DNA of 64,000 bases from a cyanobacterium endosymbiont of Rhopalodia gibba (GTDB taxonomy: Bacteria; Cyanobacteriota; Cyanobacteriia; Cyanobacteriales; Microcystaceae), in NCBI GenBank assembly GCA_045159875.1, contig CP067995.1:416001-480000 (forward strand), in the 5' to 3' direction. How positions within the stretch are numbered: the stretch's first letter is position 1; each line of letters opens with the position of its first letter. Shown here in pieces: positions 21,702 to 32,887 of the stretch. The translations under genes were made by a program, and so were the position numbers. The notes under the pieces were generated by a model. That model searched no databases, had not been told where the DNA came from, and saw nothing but the letters and a program-made list of their open reading frames with translations.

Positions 21702-21747
21702 ACCCACCATTCCCAGTAACTGCTAGCAGTTACTGGGAATGGTGGGT
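21702..21747. repeat. 46-bp perfect palindrome with no loop
   Basis: ACCCACCATTCCCAGTAACTGCT|AGCAGTTACTGGGAATGGTGGGT equals its own reverse complement. Confidence 0.95.
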
Positions 21748-22750
21748 GGAGAACTATTTGAAGACTAACCCTTACAGTTTGCTCATACTTAAATTTGATC
21801 CAGACTTTATCTTAGGATATTTATGATTAATTCTAGGGTAATGAAGTGAGTTAAGTGGGAGTAGCGTTTGAATTTTTACAATTACTCTTGGAGATGCTCT
21901 AATTGAGTCAGAAAAGGTAATAGTTGACCTGGTTGCGTAAATTCACCCTAACTTTTATGGGCTGTCTAAAAATATCAAGTGATCGTTAAAAATATAGAAA
22001 ACTGATAGAACAGAGGAATTTTTGAGAATAAAAGACAGTCATAAAAATTACTATTAAAGAGATAAACAGCTAAGATTAATTTAAACTCTACTTTATACAT
22101 ATTTAGCATTGAATCACCAAATTTCAACATTAATACTGTAACCACTGATCTAAAGAGTTTATCTCCACTTCATTTGATAGTTTTTAAATAAAATATTTCT
22201 TATATCTTAATGTATTCTGTTTTTTTTAAAAAAATTTAAATCATTCTAGTGTATAGTGATTGCTTTATCTATTCCGACAGATAATATTTAATATTATTCG
22301 TTAATACATAACTCTTATCGTGGATGAAATTTAAGTAGAAATACAGCAAGGATTTAGAACTTAGAAAACATGAGTTCTAAAAAACTTAAAAATATAGTTT
22401 TCATTCTCAGTATATAAGTCAATAAATCACGAAGTCAACGACATAAAATAAACTTTTACCACTCGATTAAGATAAAAAAAACTGCTTCTAGTATGGAGTT
22501 GCTGTTTCCTTTTTTCTTATATTATTGTCAAACTCACGTTTTTTTAACGAAAATTTTAGTTTCGATTGTTGACGGTTACCATTTTAGACAATCATCAACC
22601 TCGTCAGATTTCAACTTTAATATTGAGAATAACAATATTATGCTTCAATTTCATCAAATTCACATCCCTAGTAGGGACACTTTTCTGTTTGGGCGTTTTC
22701 TTTTACCAAATTCTATACTTCAAATCCTAAAAACTTATATTTTTTTTGCT

Positions 22751-22773
22751 AAAAAAAGAGGGGATTTCCCCTC
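22751..22773 (-). terminator. Rho-independent terminator of rpsA
   Basis: GAGGGG-attt-CCCCTC hairpin followed by T7 on the minus strand, 33 nt after the rpsA stop. Confidence 0.75.
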
Positions 22774-22806
22774 GTTCACTAGTGTTGAGCCCAAATATAA
22801 TTTTAA

Positions 22807-23808
22807 TTACTGCTCACTTACAGTAGTGGCTAATTCCTCTTCTGATTCTAAAGCTGACGGAATATCTAAATCCTCCTCTTGAGCCTCAGGTTGTATTTTT
22901 CCCTCCGCTTCAGCTATGAGTTTTTGACGATATTTCTCAGCCATTTCTTCTGCTTTTTCAAAAACTAAATCCCGGTCTTTCAGCATATCACCAGGTTCGG
23001 GTTCAAGTTGTTTGGTCGATAAAGAAATTCGCCCCCTTTCTGCATCTAAGTCAATGATCATGACTTTGAGTGAATCATTGACCCCAAAGACGCTGTGGGG
23101 GGTATCGATATGATCATGGGAAATTTCAGAAATGTGCAGCAGCCCACTGACTCCCCCAATGTCGATAAATGCCCCATAAGGTTTGATTCCACGAACTGAG
23201 CCAACTACCACTTGACCCACTTCTAAACCGTTCATCTTACGCTCAACCAGTGCACGACGATGGCTTAATACCAGACGGTTGCGCTCTTCATCGACTTCTA
23301 AAAACTTTAATGGCAGGTCTTCACCAACCAAATCTTCCTTAGCTTCGCGGGTGCTGATGTGAGAGCCTGGGATAAATCCTCGTAACCCCTCAATGCGTAC
23401 TAACGCGCCCCCTCGGTTTGTAGCAAAAACATTAGAGCGCACGGTAGCATCTTCGGCTTGTAGTTGGCGAACCCTTTCCCAAGCTCGCATATACTCAATC
23501 CGACGGATAGAAAGAGTTAATTGTCCATCTTCGTTTTCATCAGTTAGGATGAAAAATTCCCGTGTTTCATTTGATTGAAGAACGTCTTCAGGATCGTCAA
23601 CTCGGTTGATCGACATTTCTTGAATGGGGATGTAAGCAGCAGTTTTCGCACCAATATCGATGAGCGCGCCTCTCGGTTCCATACTGAAAACTGTCCCAGG
23701 AACAATATCCCCGGGATTAAAATGGTAGTCGTATTTATCGAGAAGTGCTGCAAAATCCTCGTGGGTGAAGCCAATATCTTGAGTAGCTGTTGTTTTCTGA
23801 GTTACCAT
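22807..23808 (-). CDS. rpsA: 30S ribosomal protein S1
   Basis: Three S1 domains; GFTHEDFAALLDKYDY, GLLHISEISH motifs. Confidence 0.97.
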   Translation of the reverse strand: MVTQKTTATQDIGFTHEDFAALLDKYDYHFNPGDIVPGTVFSMEPRGALIDIGAKTAAYIPIQEMSINRVDDPEDVLQSNETREFFILTDENEDGQLTLSIRRIEYMRAWERVRQLQAEDATVRSNVFATNRGGALVRIEGLRGFIPGSHISTREAKEDLVGEDLPLKFLEVDEERNRLVLSHRRALVERKMNGLEVGQVVVGSVRGIKPYGAFIDIGGVSGLLHISEISHDHIDTPHSVFGVNDSLKVMIIDLDAERGRISLSTKQLEPEPGDMLKDRDLVFEKAEEMAEKYRQKLIAEAEGKIQPEAQEEDLDIPSALESEEELATTVSEQ

Positions 23809-24439
23809 GTACCTTAGGTTATCCTATACCTGATCTCCAATAAGTGTTAGTTTTTGTTTTAGTGTACAGTTTCTAACTTTTAAAGACTTATAGTTGATAA
23901 AAACATCTTCAAATATGAGACGCTTTTGTTTTGTCGGTTTTACTCGAACAGGATGAACTATAACACCCCCAACCCCGAATATTTATTGAGCTATTGGGGA
24001 TTACTTTCATCATAATTTTTAAAGAGTAATGAAAGTCTACACTGACCAGATCATCACTATACCTTATAGATTGAGTGGAAAAAAATGGCTCTGACAGGAC
24101 ATCTTTTTGCCAATACAGCTCTCTTAGACTTATGCCTTGAGAACGATTAGACGATGAAGTCGGTCTAATCTATTAATATTTATAGAAATAGACCCCTGAT
24201 TCTGAAGTGCTCCAGAAGTTAGCACAGCCGAAGGCTCCGCAATGCGGACGCTGTGTCTGAAGCTTCTCAGGCTCACCTCGTAATGGTTTGATATAACTCA
24301 CCATTTATCGAAGTGATGTCATGCTCGACGTACTATTTTTTAGCTAGTCGCCCTGGCATAAACACCTCCCATGAGCGTAAGTTTCCGCACTCCTTACGGT
24401 ACATCTTCAATCTTAGCATTGTTTTTATTTAACCGGCTT

Positions 24440-24979
24440 CTAAGAGGGAGTCATAATGGAAGATGAGGAAGTTTCTTTATCGGAAGTGTTATGACTGTTC
24501 TCTGACCAAAGGGTTTCTGACTGGGATTTTTGTTCCCGAAATTGTTTGAGAGTGGCCACAAAATCTTTAATGCCTTGAAAGCGACCATAAACAGATGCAA
24601 AGCGAATATATGCTACTTCATTTTCTTGACGAAGGTAATCTAACACTAATTGGCCAACTTCTTGGCTAGTTACTTCCCGTCGGGGACGCTGCTGCAATTG
24701 AGCCTCGATCTCATCAACAATCGACTCTAGTCTCTGATGGGAGATTCCTGTCTTCTCACAAGCTCGTACCATCCCTCGCAACAATTTAGAATGATCGAAG
24801 GATTCTTTTTTTCCGTCATGTTTGACAACAATGATAGGAACGAACTCTACTCGTTCGTAAGTTGTAAAACGATGTTTGCAACTTAAACACTCACGACGAC
24901 GACGAATACTTTGTCCCCCTTCAGAGGAGCGAGATTCTAAAACACGACTATTGATGTGTTGACAGTAAGGACATTGCAT
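24440..24979 (-). CDS. nrdR: Transcriptional repressor NrdR
   Basis: Zn ribbon MQCPYC...[15 protein letters not shown] and ATP cone [10 protein letters not shown]. Confidence 0.96.
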   Translation of the reverse strand: MQCPYCQHINSRVLESRSSEGGQSIRRRRECLSCKHRFTTYERVEFVPIIVVKHDGKKESFDHSKLLRGMVRACEKTGISHQRLESIVDEIEAQLQQRPRREVTSQEVGQLVLDYLRQENEVAYIRFASVYGRFQGIKDFVATLKQFREQKSQSETLWSENSHNTSDKETSSSSIMTPS

Positions 24980-25163
24980 GGAACTGTCCGTAATAACGGA
25001 TATTGAATTAACAATAAGCTAGCCAACAGTACAGTAACAAATGAACAATCTAAGCAAAACGAGCTATGCTGATCCATTTATCTATCTTCTGTAGAAGGGA
25101 AAAAAACAGGGGCTTGGGGGTATATTAACAGCAGTTGATTCTAATAGAATAGATAATCAAAAT

Positions 25164-25257
25164 TTATTTTTCAATACAAGGGGGTTCTCGAAAGGCGATA
25201 GTGAAAAACAATACAGCTAAAGCCATAGCAAGAACCATAATAAACAGCGCTTTCCAT
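25164..25257 (-). pseudogene. psbT: Photosystem II PsbT pseudogene
   Basis: MESAVY/frameshift/MVLAMALAVLFFTIAFREPPCIEK*; 94 nt instead of 96; psbB-psbT-nrdR-rpsA synteny. Confidence 0.9.
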
Positions 25258-25359
25258 TTAATTGATTACCTAAAATTGCTTGCGTTCCCAGTGTATCAAA
25301 AAAGTTGAGGATTTTTTAACGTTTAGCGATTATTAAACTTTACTTCTTAAGATAAAATT

Positions 25360-26679
25360 TTAAGTACTTTCTTTTATAGTTCTTATACTCGAGTCACCCA
25401 CTTTAAAAAATAAACCCTATCCTACTTATTCTTCGAGGTCAGTATCGATTTCCGTAAAAACAACGTCTCAGTACAAGGTACGAGAACCATGCCAGATGTA
25501 ATCCAAGAAGGATGGAAGGGCAAAGGCTACATGGGCAAAGGCCAATCAAGCCGATGGTTAAAAAAATATCGGAACTGAGAGTTTTGGGTGCAAGTTATTT
25601 CACTTAAGTGAAGGTTGATGAAGCTCTCTAGTGCATCGCTGTAGAAAGTAGTTACTTAGTCATTTCGTTGAATACTTAGCTTTGATTCTTACTCGCGAGT
25701 AAGAACAATTGGAAAGATTTCAAAGAAGTTAGGTATCTGACAAACGGTCAATTCCCGACCTTCTTTATCGGTGAATACGGGGTGTCCGAGGCAAGCTTGA
25801 GCAATTCCATCTGCACTATCTATTATCTATAGCTCCAGCTCCAGCTCCAGCACCGAATAAACTGTTTTTAGCTAAACTCTTCCCAATGTAATCATAAAAC
25901 GCCAATTTTTTAAAGATTTTTGATTAAGCTTTTTTTAGGCTATCTCCAATTGCCAGGTTGAATTCGACACGAAAATAAATTTATTCTTGAGAAGCAACCC
26001 TTATCTCATTGATGACGGATAAGCCCAAAAAATTTAAAAATTAAATTTGGGACGGTTTCCTCTACAACGAAGGTGGAAAAGAAAACGACGGTAATACTTC
26101 TAGAAAGAACTACTGAAGTTTCTTCCTAGTTTGAAAGAGTTAAAGTCCGTAGGACGATAAGTTGGGCATGACCAGTTAATCTATAAGGGGATAATATTCA
26201 CATTCCAAGACCCTAGAATCTAGTGAAGTAAAATGTTTCGAAACCAAAGCAAAGTAACCCAGATAAAAACAAGCAAACCGTAAACATTTTGAGTCAGTTT
26301 AAGGCGGTGAATTTGCCAATATAGATAGGTACAAATAATTCAGGTCCTAGAAAACCCAGTGCCAAATAGCAGCCAGACTCGGTAAACCCGATAATCACGA
26401 TGTTGGACTGGACTCACTCCTCCGAAAGACCAGAAACCAGAATCTCAGTTTCTTGAGTGACACTCTAGTAACCCCAGGAGCTAGCAACGTCTTAAGGGGT
26501 CATGAAGGGAAGAACAATCATTCCTTGTCGCCATATTGAGTTAAAAACAATATTGCCCAGCTCAAAAATGACTAGCTCATAAAGAGCAATAGAATAAGCT
26601 GTGTTCATGGGGTGAATGGAGACGAGTAGGACTGAACATTCAGAACAACTGTATGAATTTGATACCAAAATAGTTCCAT
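25360..26679 (-). pseudogene. psbB: Photosystem II CP47 (PsbB) pseudogene
   Basis: Fragments MELFWYQIHTVVLN, SIALYELVIF...[82 protein letters not shown]...KVGDSS; many stops, frameshifts and deletions. Confidence 0.95.
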
Positions 26680-27254
26680 TGACTAGGCTTCTTCTATTGA
26701 AGATATATCTTCAATGCTTTTTTGTGTGAGTTGTCTTGGGTTATTTAATCATTTTTAAGTCCGTGATCGTTCTTTAAGTAGATGTCCCGGCTCAAGATTA
26801 GGCTAACTCGCATTATTCCTAGAAAGTAAAAATTACCTAAAGAAGGAGAATTAAATTATTGTTTGGACTCGATTGTAAACTTAAGAGGGCTACGAGTTTG
26901 GGGATAAGTAGATGGAAACCTTGCTCTTTCACGAATTATCAGCAAATTAAGTCTAATATATCTATTTCAAGGTATTATACTTGAATTACAATAATTCCAT
27001 TCTATTTTGATCTGATGACTCTATTTTATGATAATTATTCTCCCAGATGCAGAATAATTAGATTTTTCATCGTCCTGTGCCGACAATAGTTAAGTTAGAG
27101 GTAGGATAAAATTTTTCCAACAAAAAACAACACGACAGCATTGCCTTGTCCACTACTTTATTTTTTGATAAACTTCAATTCAACTTAAAAAACTTGAAAC
27201 ATCGACATTGTAGTAAAAAATCCCAACAGTTAATAGGATTTTAAAAGATTTTAT

Positions 27255-27293
27255 TTTAGTCTTTTGGTTAGCAATGCCAACTAAAAGACTAAA
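27255..27293 (-). terminator. Long imperfect hairpin just downstream of the FAD oxidoreductase
   Basis: TTTAGTCTTTTGGTTAGC-AAT-GCCAACTAAAAGACTAAA. Confidence 0.5.
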
Positions 27294-27300
27294 GAGCTAA

Positions 27301-29394
27301 CTATCTATTCTGATGAGCATCAGACAACAAAGTTTGAGGAAAAGTAGTAGGATTTCCTTTCATTTCAAGTCTTTGGCGCAATTCCTCTAACAAAGGTTCA
27401 TGATTAGGTAAATTGTCTACAAACTCATAAGGTAAAGTGTTGCGTTCTAAAGCTAAATTGGCTAAATTTCCAGCAGCTGCCCCTACAGACCATTCAAATC
27501 CATGTACACGATAAGCTGCTGCCGCAATATGGCTTGTAGCAATACTCTTTCCAGCCACAATCAAATTATCTATTTTTTGGGGAATCATTGCTCGTAGGGG
27601 AATTTGAGCGGGATGAGATCCTCCGTGGGCAATGCGTACGTCTTGGCGCTCGCGGTTACTAGGTTTTTCGGGGGGAGAAAATGCCATACAAGGATGGAAA
27701 TCAATCATGTAATTGACAATTCCTACTGAATCGTCATAAACTGTGGCATGGGTACGCTGAGTAACTAAATAAGAAGGAATAGTACTAATATTTGCCATTT
27801 TTGATTCTAGCTTGGCAATGGTGTCTCGAACATTTTTATACATGGGACGAGGTAAGTTAGTTCGGTAAAAATCTTGCCAATAATCTTTTGTAGAAATATC
27901 AATTTCGTTAATACTGAACCCCTCTTCGTGATCGATAGAGGGTCTCCCGATAATGCGCCTTCCTTCCCGGATATAAGGGTATTTAGATAACCCATGGACA
28001 GTCCCCATAGGGGAATCTAACCCCTTTAAAAATCGATGGTTAGGATGGGTTTTTTTTACTCCATATCCGAGGCGTGAGTCAGTAGTTCCTGCTACCAACC
28101 AGTAGTAAAAACCTTTGGCTAATTCTTCCCCTTTTCTCAGGGTTTCTTGACGTAAACCCCCTTTCCATTCTCCAGGTTGTAGTTGTCCACTGTCTTGTAA
28201 TTGATCACGAGTATAAACTAAGTTATCATGACGAGTTCCAGGGCGATAATCATTACCCCATAACCAATTTTGCATAGATATATCTCCTGGGGTGGGACGG
28301 TTAACAGTCATCCGTCCAGCGCGAATGGGTTTTCCTTTTTCGGGACTCCAAATGCGTCGATAAGTAAAGATTAAATCGAAGTAAGCTAGTTTTCGATTGG
28401 AATCATAACCGTAATAGGGAGCATACTGCTCATAAAAGGTTGGTTTATATTGAGGCTGAGGTTCCTTGGTGTGTTCCATAGCAAAGGTATAGGTAAACCC
28501 TTGTGTACAATAAGGATCACCTTTCTCGTTAGGGGCTGAAGGGTTGAGATGGGTACGAGGATCTAACCCAACCCGATAGGGAACGTCTGCTAAAGCAACA
28601 ATTTCTCCTGTTTCTGTAGCTTCGATGACAAACCAATTAGCTTTCTGGGATGGATTCTGAGATTTAGGAAGAAAACGAACAATTTTTTTAGTTAACCGTT
28701 GGGAATTTTGATAGCTATAAGCGTCGTCTATGATAGCAGATAGGGGTTCATGGTTGAGGGGAGGAGTTCCGATCACATTTTTGTGTTGAATAGCGACTGC
28801 TTGTTGGATCTGTTTTCCATCTTTACTCAATTCTAAGTCTTTAATAACTGTTGCAGGGAACCATCTGAGGTGTCCTCTTCCTAGTCGTTCAGCTTCTTTT
28901 AACTGTCGGTACATTATGTTATGGCCATCCTTGGGGAGAAAACAGCTTTCACTTACCCAACAGTCTCCAGGGTTGAGGGTTCCATAACCACTAGTGATCG
29001 CCTTTCGTAGCTGTTGATATCCCTTAGGAAAAAGCTGCAATGATCGCTGTTTTTTGCCTTCATCGAGGGCGGAGTTTCCCTGAGATGATATTTGTCCTCC
29101 TACCCAGTCGGAAATGTCCGTCAAACATACTGTCCGTCCCCCTAATAAGGATTCATAGGCGGTGGCTGCCCCTGCGAGTCCTCCTCCAACAATCAGTAAA
29201 TCACAGCTTATGGTTTCATCGGGGTCACGAGGTGATGCGGCGATCACTGGTACAGTTGATAAAACTGATTTTCCACAGAGAACACTTAAGAATAAAGACA
29301 CTATAAGACCCTGTAGTCTTTTACTTTTGCTGTCTTTTCCTTGCTGAAAACATCTTGACCTTAGTGATTGCGTTCGGTTACTTTTCCCCATCAT
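27301..29394 (-). CDS. FAD-dependent oxidoreductase, probably exported
   Basis: Signal-like N-terminus, DLLIVGGGLAG, DWVGGQISSQG, YIREGRRI, IPLRAMIP...NLIVAGKSIATSHIAAAAYRV motifs. Confidence 0.85.
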   Translation of the reverse strand: MMGKSNRTQSLRSRCFQQGKDSKSKRLQGLIVSLFLSVLCGKSVLSTVPVIAASPRDPDETISCDLLIVGGGLAGAATAYESLLGGRTVCLTDISDWVGGQISSQGNSALDEGKKQRSLQLFPKGYQQLRKAITSGYGTLNPGDCWVSESCFLPKDGHNIMYRQLKEAERLGRGHLRWFPATVIKDLELSKDGKQIQQAVAIQHKNVIGTPPLNHEPLSAIIDDAYSYQNSQRLTKKIVRFLPKSQNPSQKANWFVIEATETGEIVALADVPYRVGLDPRTHLNPSAPNEKGDPYCTQGFTYTFAMEHTKEPQPQYKPTFYEQYAPYYGYDSNRKLAYFDLIFTYRRIWSPEKGKPIRAGRMTVNRPTPGDISMQNWLWGNDYRPGTRHDNLVYTRDQLQDSGQLQPGEWKGGLRQETLRKGEELAKGFYYWLVAGTTDSRLGYGVKKTHPNHRFLKGLDSPMGTVHGLSKYPYIREGRRIIGRPSIDHEEGFSINEIDISTKDYWQDFYRTNLPRPMYKNVRDTIAKLESKMANISTIPSYLVTQRTHATVYDDSVGIVNYMIDFHPCMAFSPPEKPSNRERQDVRIAHGGSHPAQIPLRAMIPQKIDNLIVAGKSIATSHIAAAAYRVHGFEWSVGAAAGNLANLALERNTLPYEFVDNLPNHEPLLEELRQRLEMKGNPTTFPQTLLSDAHQNR

Positions 29395-30349
29395 TAGATG
29401 CTGCTACTTATTTAAGGAGTTTGAAAAGGAGTGAAATAACAGTAATTTCTATGTATTACTGTCCCTTGAGTCTAGAAAAAGTAACAGAAAATCTCGAGAT
29501 CTTTAATGTTTTTTCTAGATTTTAGTTGAATCTAAGATGGATTAATATATGTATTGAAAAAATTGTATACTAACTTCAGTTTTTATATTAATTTTATTGA
29601 CTTTTATTCTTTTTTAAATTACTGATTAAACTCCTTTTTAGGATAAAAGCTTATTACTTTAAGTTCTGTGAGATTATACTTATCAAGTTTATCGAGAAAA
29701 CCCGAACTATCTTAAAGGTAATTATTGTTATTTGAATCAAAGTCTAGGGGTAAAATACACGGTTTTATTATAATTTTGTCCTTTTTAGACTTAGTGTTAT
29801 AACATGTTAGCTAACAACTCTCAAAGAACTTATCATAAATAGATTCTCTAGTCACAAGAGAATCTGGCAAAGCAAAACTTTCAGCTTTTATTTATTGTTA
29901 TTTTGTCATAGCTAAGCTAGAAAAGCCAGAATTCTTAAAAGATGTTTGCAAATGATTAATTTTAAAACAACTTCTTTGAAAACTAAGCTTAAATAACAAT
30001 ATTGTCAAGAATATAACAAACTAAATTAAGTCCAATCTATCGTTTTGCTCAATTCAACTTATTAATTTACCTAGTGGATACTGGTCTCTTTTAAGACAAA
30101 AATATTAGGATAGAATATTTACTAATTTTTTTTTAAAATCTTTGGCTAAATTCAAGTCAAACAAAATTATACTTGTGCTTGAGTTAGTATTATTTTTTCT
30201 TAAAAGTTAAAGTCCACATTATAAGTTCTATTTCTAGAGAAGTCTATATTTATAGCAGGTTTAGCTAACTTTAAGCAATATATTTTTATCAAAATAGCTA
30301 TACTATTGCCATATTTTTATGATTTTTAAAAATATCTTTTCGAATCACC

Positions 30350-30707
30350 TTCTAAATAGTTTTTAAATCAATCTTTTTATATTTTTGATTCTATCTATCA
30401 AATCCATCCTTGATTAATTATTCACTTGTGTCTTTGATTTTACTTGTCTTTCTCTAATTTCATCAGGAGAAAGGATAACTTGAAATTTCAATAAAATCTT
30501 GAATAATGGTCGGTCATCAATTACTGTTACCATTACTTCAGTACCTGGAAATCTAAAAATTATTATCATCGTGGTCGTATACAGTCACCATCACCGGTAA
30601 TAAATTTTTGATAGAAGACAGCTATCGATGTCTGAGCGGTCCTTCCTTTCGTTGCCTAGAGAAGATAATAACCCTACGTCATAGTTATATTCAACAATAA
30701 TTGTCAT
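30350..30707 (-). pseudogene. Degraded ORF remnant, possibly response-regulator-like
   Basis: Starts MTIIVEY directly downstream of txlA; higher GC than flanks; interrupted by stops; identity uncertain. Confidence 0.25.
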
Positions 30708-30739
30708 ACTCTACTGTTAACTTCTAAGCTGATAACTTC

Positions 30740-31297
30740 TTAGTGTACCTGCGCTGTATGACTACGGGAATCACTTTGACCTGATGAAGGGGTATTAACA
30801 GGAGCATTGAAAATTGATGTTTGACCAGTAGAGGCCGCATAGGGTAGGGTTTGATGAGCAAGAAGAGCATCTAAATTAGCTTTCATCACTGATGACGGTT
30901 GTTCTCCAATCGTTTGGGCAATCGCCTCTCCTTTACCATTAAGAAAAACAAAATGGGGAATTCCATTGACCCGATAGCGGAGAATTTCAGGTAACCATTT
31001 GTTATTGTCTACGTTAAGCATGACAAAATTGACAGAATCAGCATATTTTTGTTTTATTTCTGCTAAATATGGAGCCATGGCTTGACAACTGCTACACCAG
31101 TTAGCGTAGAATTCAGTCAATGTGGGCTTCCCATTGTTATAAGCTACTGTCAGGGGAATAGACTGTTCAGCTTGCGCTTCTAAAGACACAGAATTAGTTT
31201 GAGTTTGAAAACCAAAAAAAATAGCTGTACTAAGAGCAATCCCAGCAAAAGCAATTAAGAAATTCTTAACTCGACCGACATTATTTATTTCAAACAT
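30740..31297 (-). CDS. txlA: Thiol:disulfide interchange protein TxlA
   Basis: TM anchor; EFYANWCSSC; NVDNNKWLPE...GIPHFVF. Confidence 0.85.
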   Translation of the reverse strand: MFEINNVGRVKNFLIAFAGIALSTAIFFGFQTQTNSVSLEAQAEQSIPLTVAYNNGKPTLTEFYANWCSSCQAMAPYLAEIKQKYADSVNFVMLNVDNNKWLPEILRYRVNGIPHFVFLNGKGEAIAQTIGEQPSSVMKANLDALLAHQTLPYAASTGQTSIFNAPVNTPSSGQSDSRSHTAQVH

Positions 31298-31511
31298 AGT
31301 TTTTTTAGATAACTTAACTGATGAATGATTCTTTTCTTTCTAAATAGCTCGTTATTTAATCGGTTGAGCTATGATGAGATTACGCGAATAAATAAAAATT
31401 AAAGACAGATTCAGATAGCCTAAAAACTTGGTCAAAGGTTATTTTTATTCGAGAAAATGAGATTATAAATTAAGGAAATCGATAAAGACACCCAAATCGC
31501 CCAAATATATA

Positions 31512-31916
31512 ATGAAAAAACGAGTGACCCTGACATTTCCCCGGCGAACAGTTCAGATGCCAGTGACTTACCGTCTCGCTAAAGATTTTAACATTGCGGC
31601 TAACATTATTCGCGCCCAAGTTGCCCCTAATCAAGTAGGAAAATTAGTTTTAGAATTGTTAGGGGATATTGATGTAATCGAAGCAGCGCTCGAATGGATA
31701 AGAGCACAAGAAATCGAAGTTTCTTTAGCTAGTCGGGAAATTGTTATTGATCAAGACAGTTGTGTAGACTGTGGACTATGTACTGGAGTCTGTCCTACCC
31801 AAGCTTTAACCCTCGAGCCTCAGACATTTCATTTAACTTTTAAGCGATCACGCTGTATCGTTTGTGAACAATGTCTCCCTGCCTGTCCAGTCCAAGCCAT
31901 TTCTACAAATTTTTAG
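31512..31916 (+). CDS. NIL-domain / 2x[4Fe-4S] ferredoxin protein
   Basis: NIL domain followed by CVDCGLCTGVCP and CIVCEQCLPACP. Confidence 0.9.
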   Translation: MKKRVTLTFPRRTVQMPVTYRLAKDFNIAANIIRAQVAPNQVGKLVLELLGDIDVIEAALEWIRAQEIEVSLASREIVIDQDSCVDCGLCTGVCPTQALTLEPQTFHLTFKRSRCIVCEQCLPACPVQAISTNF

Positions 31917-32027
31917 TTACGCTAAATAATAAGATTTATTTACAAAATGTTGACTTAAATCAGAAAATTAACTGCTGTGATTATTCAAGATAATTACGGG
32001 AAGTTTCTTCGTTTATATAAATCCATA

Positions 32028-32846
32028 ATGACCTCAGCTTATCTTCTTGTTACTCACGGTAGCCGAGCTCCCCGTCCTCATATTGCTGCCGAACGACTGG
32101 TTTGTATAGTTAAACAACAAACACTTAAGTCTAAGACAACTAATAAGGACTTCTCTGTCTTTCTCGACTAAAAATAGGACAGTTAAAACATCTGTGGGAA
32201 GATCAACAGAGCAACTCCAATCCGTCTCCTCACCGCTTATCGAAACTGCTCCTTTAGAACTAACTTCCGTGTCCTTGAGTCATAGGATTCAACAATTAGA
32301 AGAGAAGGCTAAAATCCAAGGCATTCAAAATCTTAAGATTATCCCATTGTTTTTACTGCCCGTGGTTCACGTTAGGGAAGATATACCTAAAGAAGTGGCG
32401 ATCGCCTAACAGCGTTTAGGGAAAACCATGAACTTAGAAGTGATGCCCTATCTTGGTAGCCATTGTAAGTTAACCTTCTTCCTATTCCGTCAATTCGAGG
32501 AGGCTGCCACCGTTTGTAAAATTATGATAGCTCATGGAAGTCGCTATGGAAGAGGCAATCAACCCATTGAAGCTATCGCTCACCATTCATTTACAAGCAC
32601 TGCCAGCTTATTAGTCTGTCTCACTGAGTTTAACTGACTTAGTTAACATTCTAGCAAGGAAAGAAAAGTATCACTATCGGACCTTATTTTCTGTTTGCCG
32701 GGAGAATCACCACAGCCATTGCCCAACAAGTTAAACAATTACAGTTAACTGTACCTCAGATAAAACTTAAGATGGGCAGTCCTTTGGGAGCTACCCCTGA
32801 ATTATCCAGATTAATTATAGAGATAATTCAGGCACATCTAGGTTGA
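32028..32846 (+). pseudogene. cbiX: Sirohydrochlorin chelatase (CbiX) pseudogene
   Basis: Fragments AYLLVTHGSR.PRP, APLEL...IIPLFLLP.VHVREDIP, PYLGSH, AHGSR..GNQPIE, PYFLFAGRIT, PLGATPEL; split by stops and frameshifts; immediately upstream of cobA. Confidence 0.88.
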
Positions 32847-32887
32847 TTTCCCCAATATTTTATTTAAATACACAAGAATTTAAAAGA

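Noticed and set aside
22493..22882. 129-aa plus-strand ORF
   Set aside because: Runs antisense through the rpsA terminator and 3' end; low-complexity composition.
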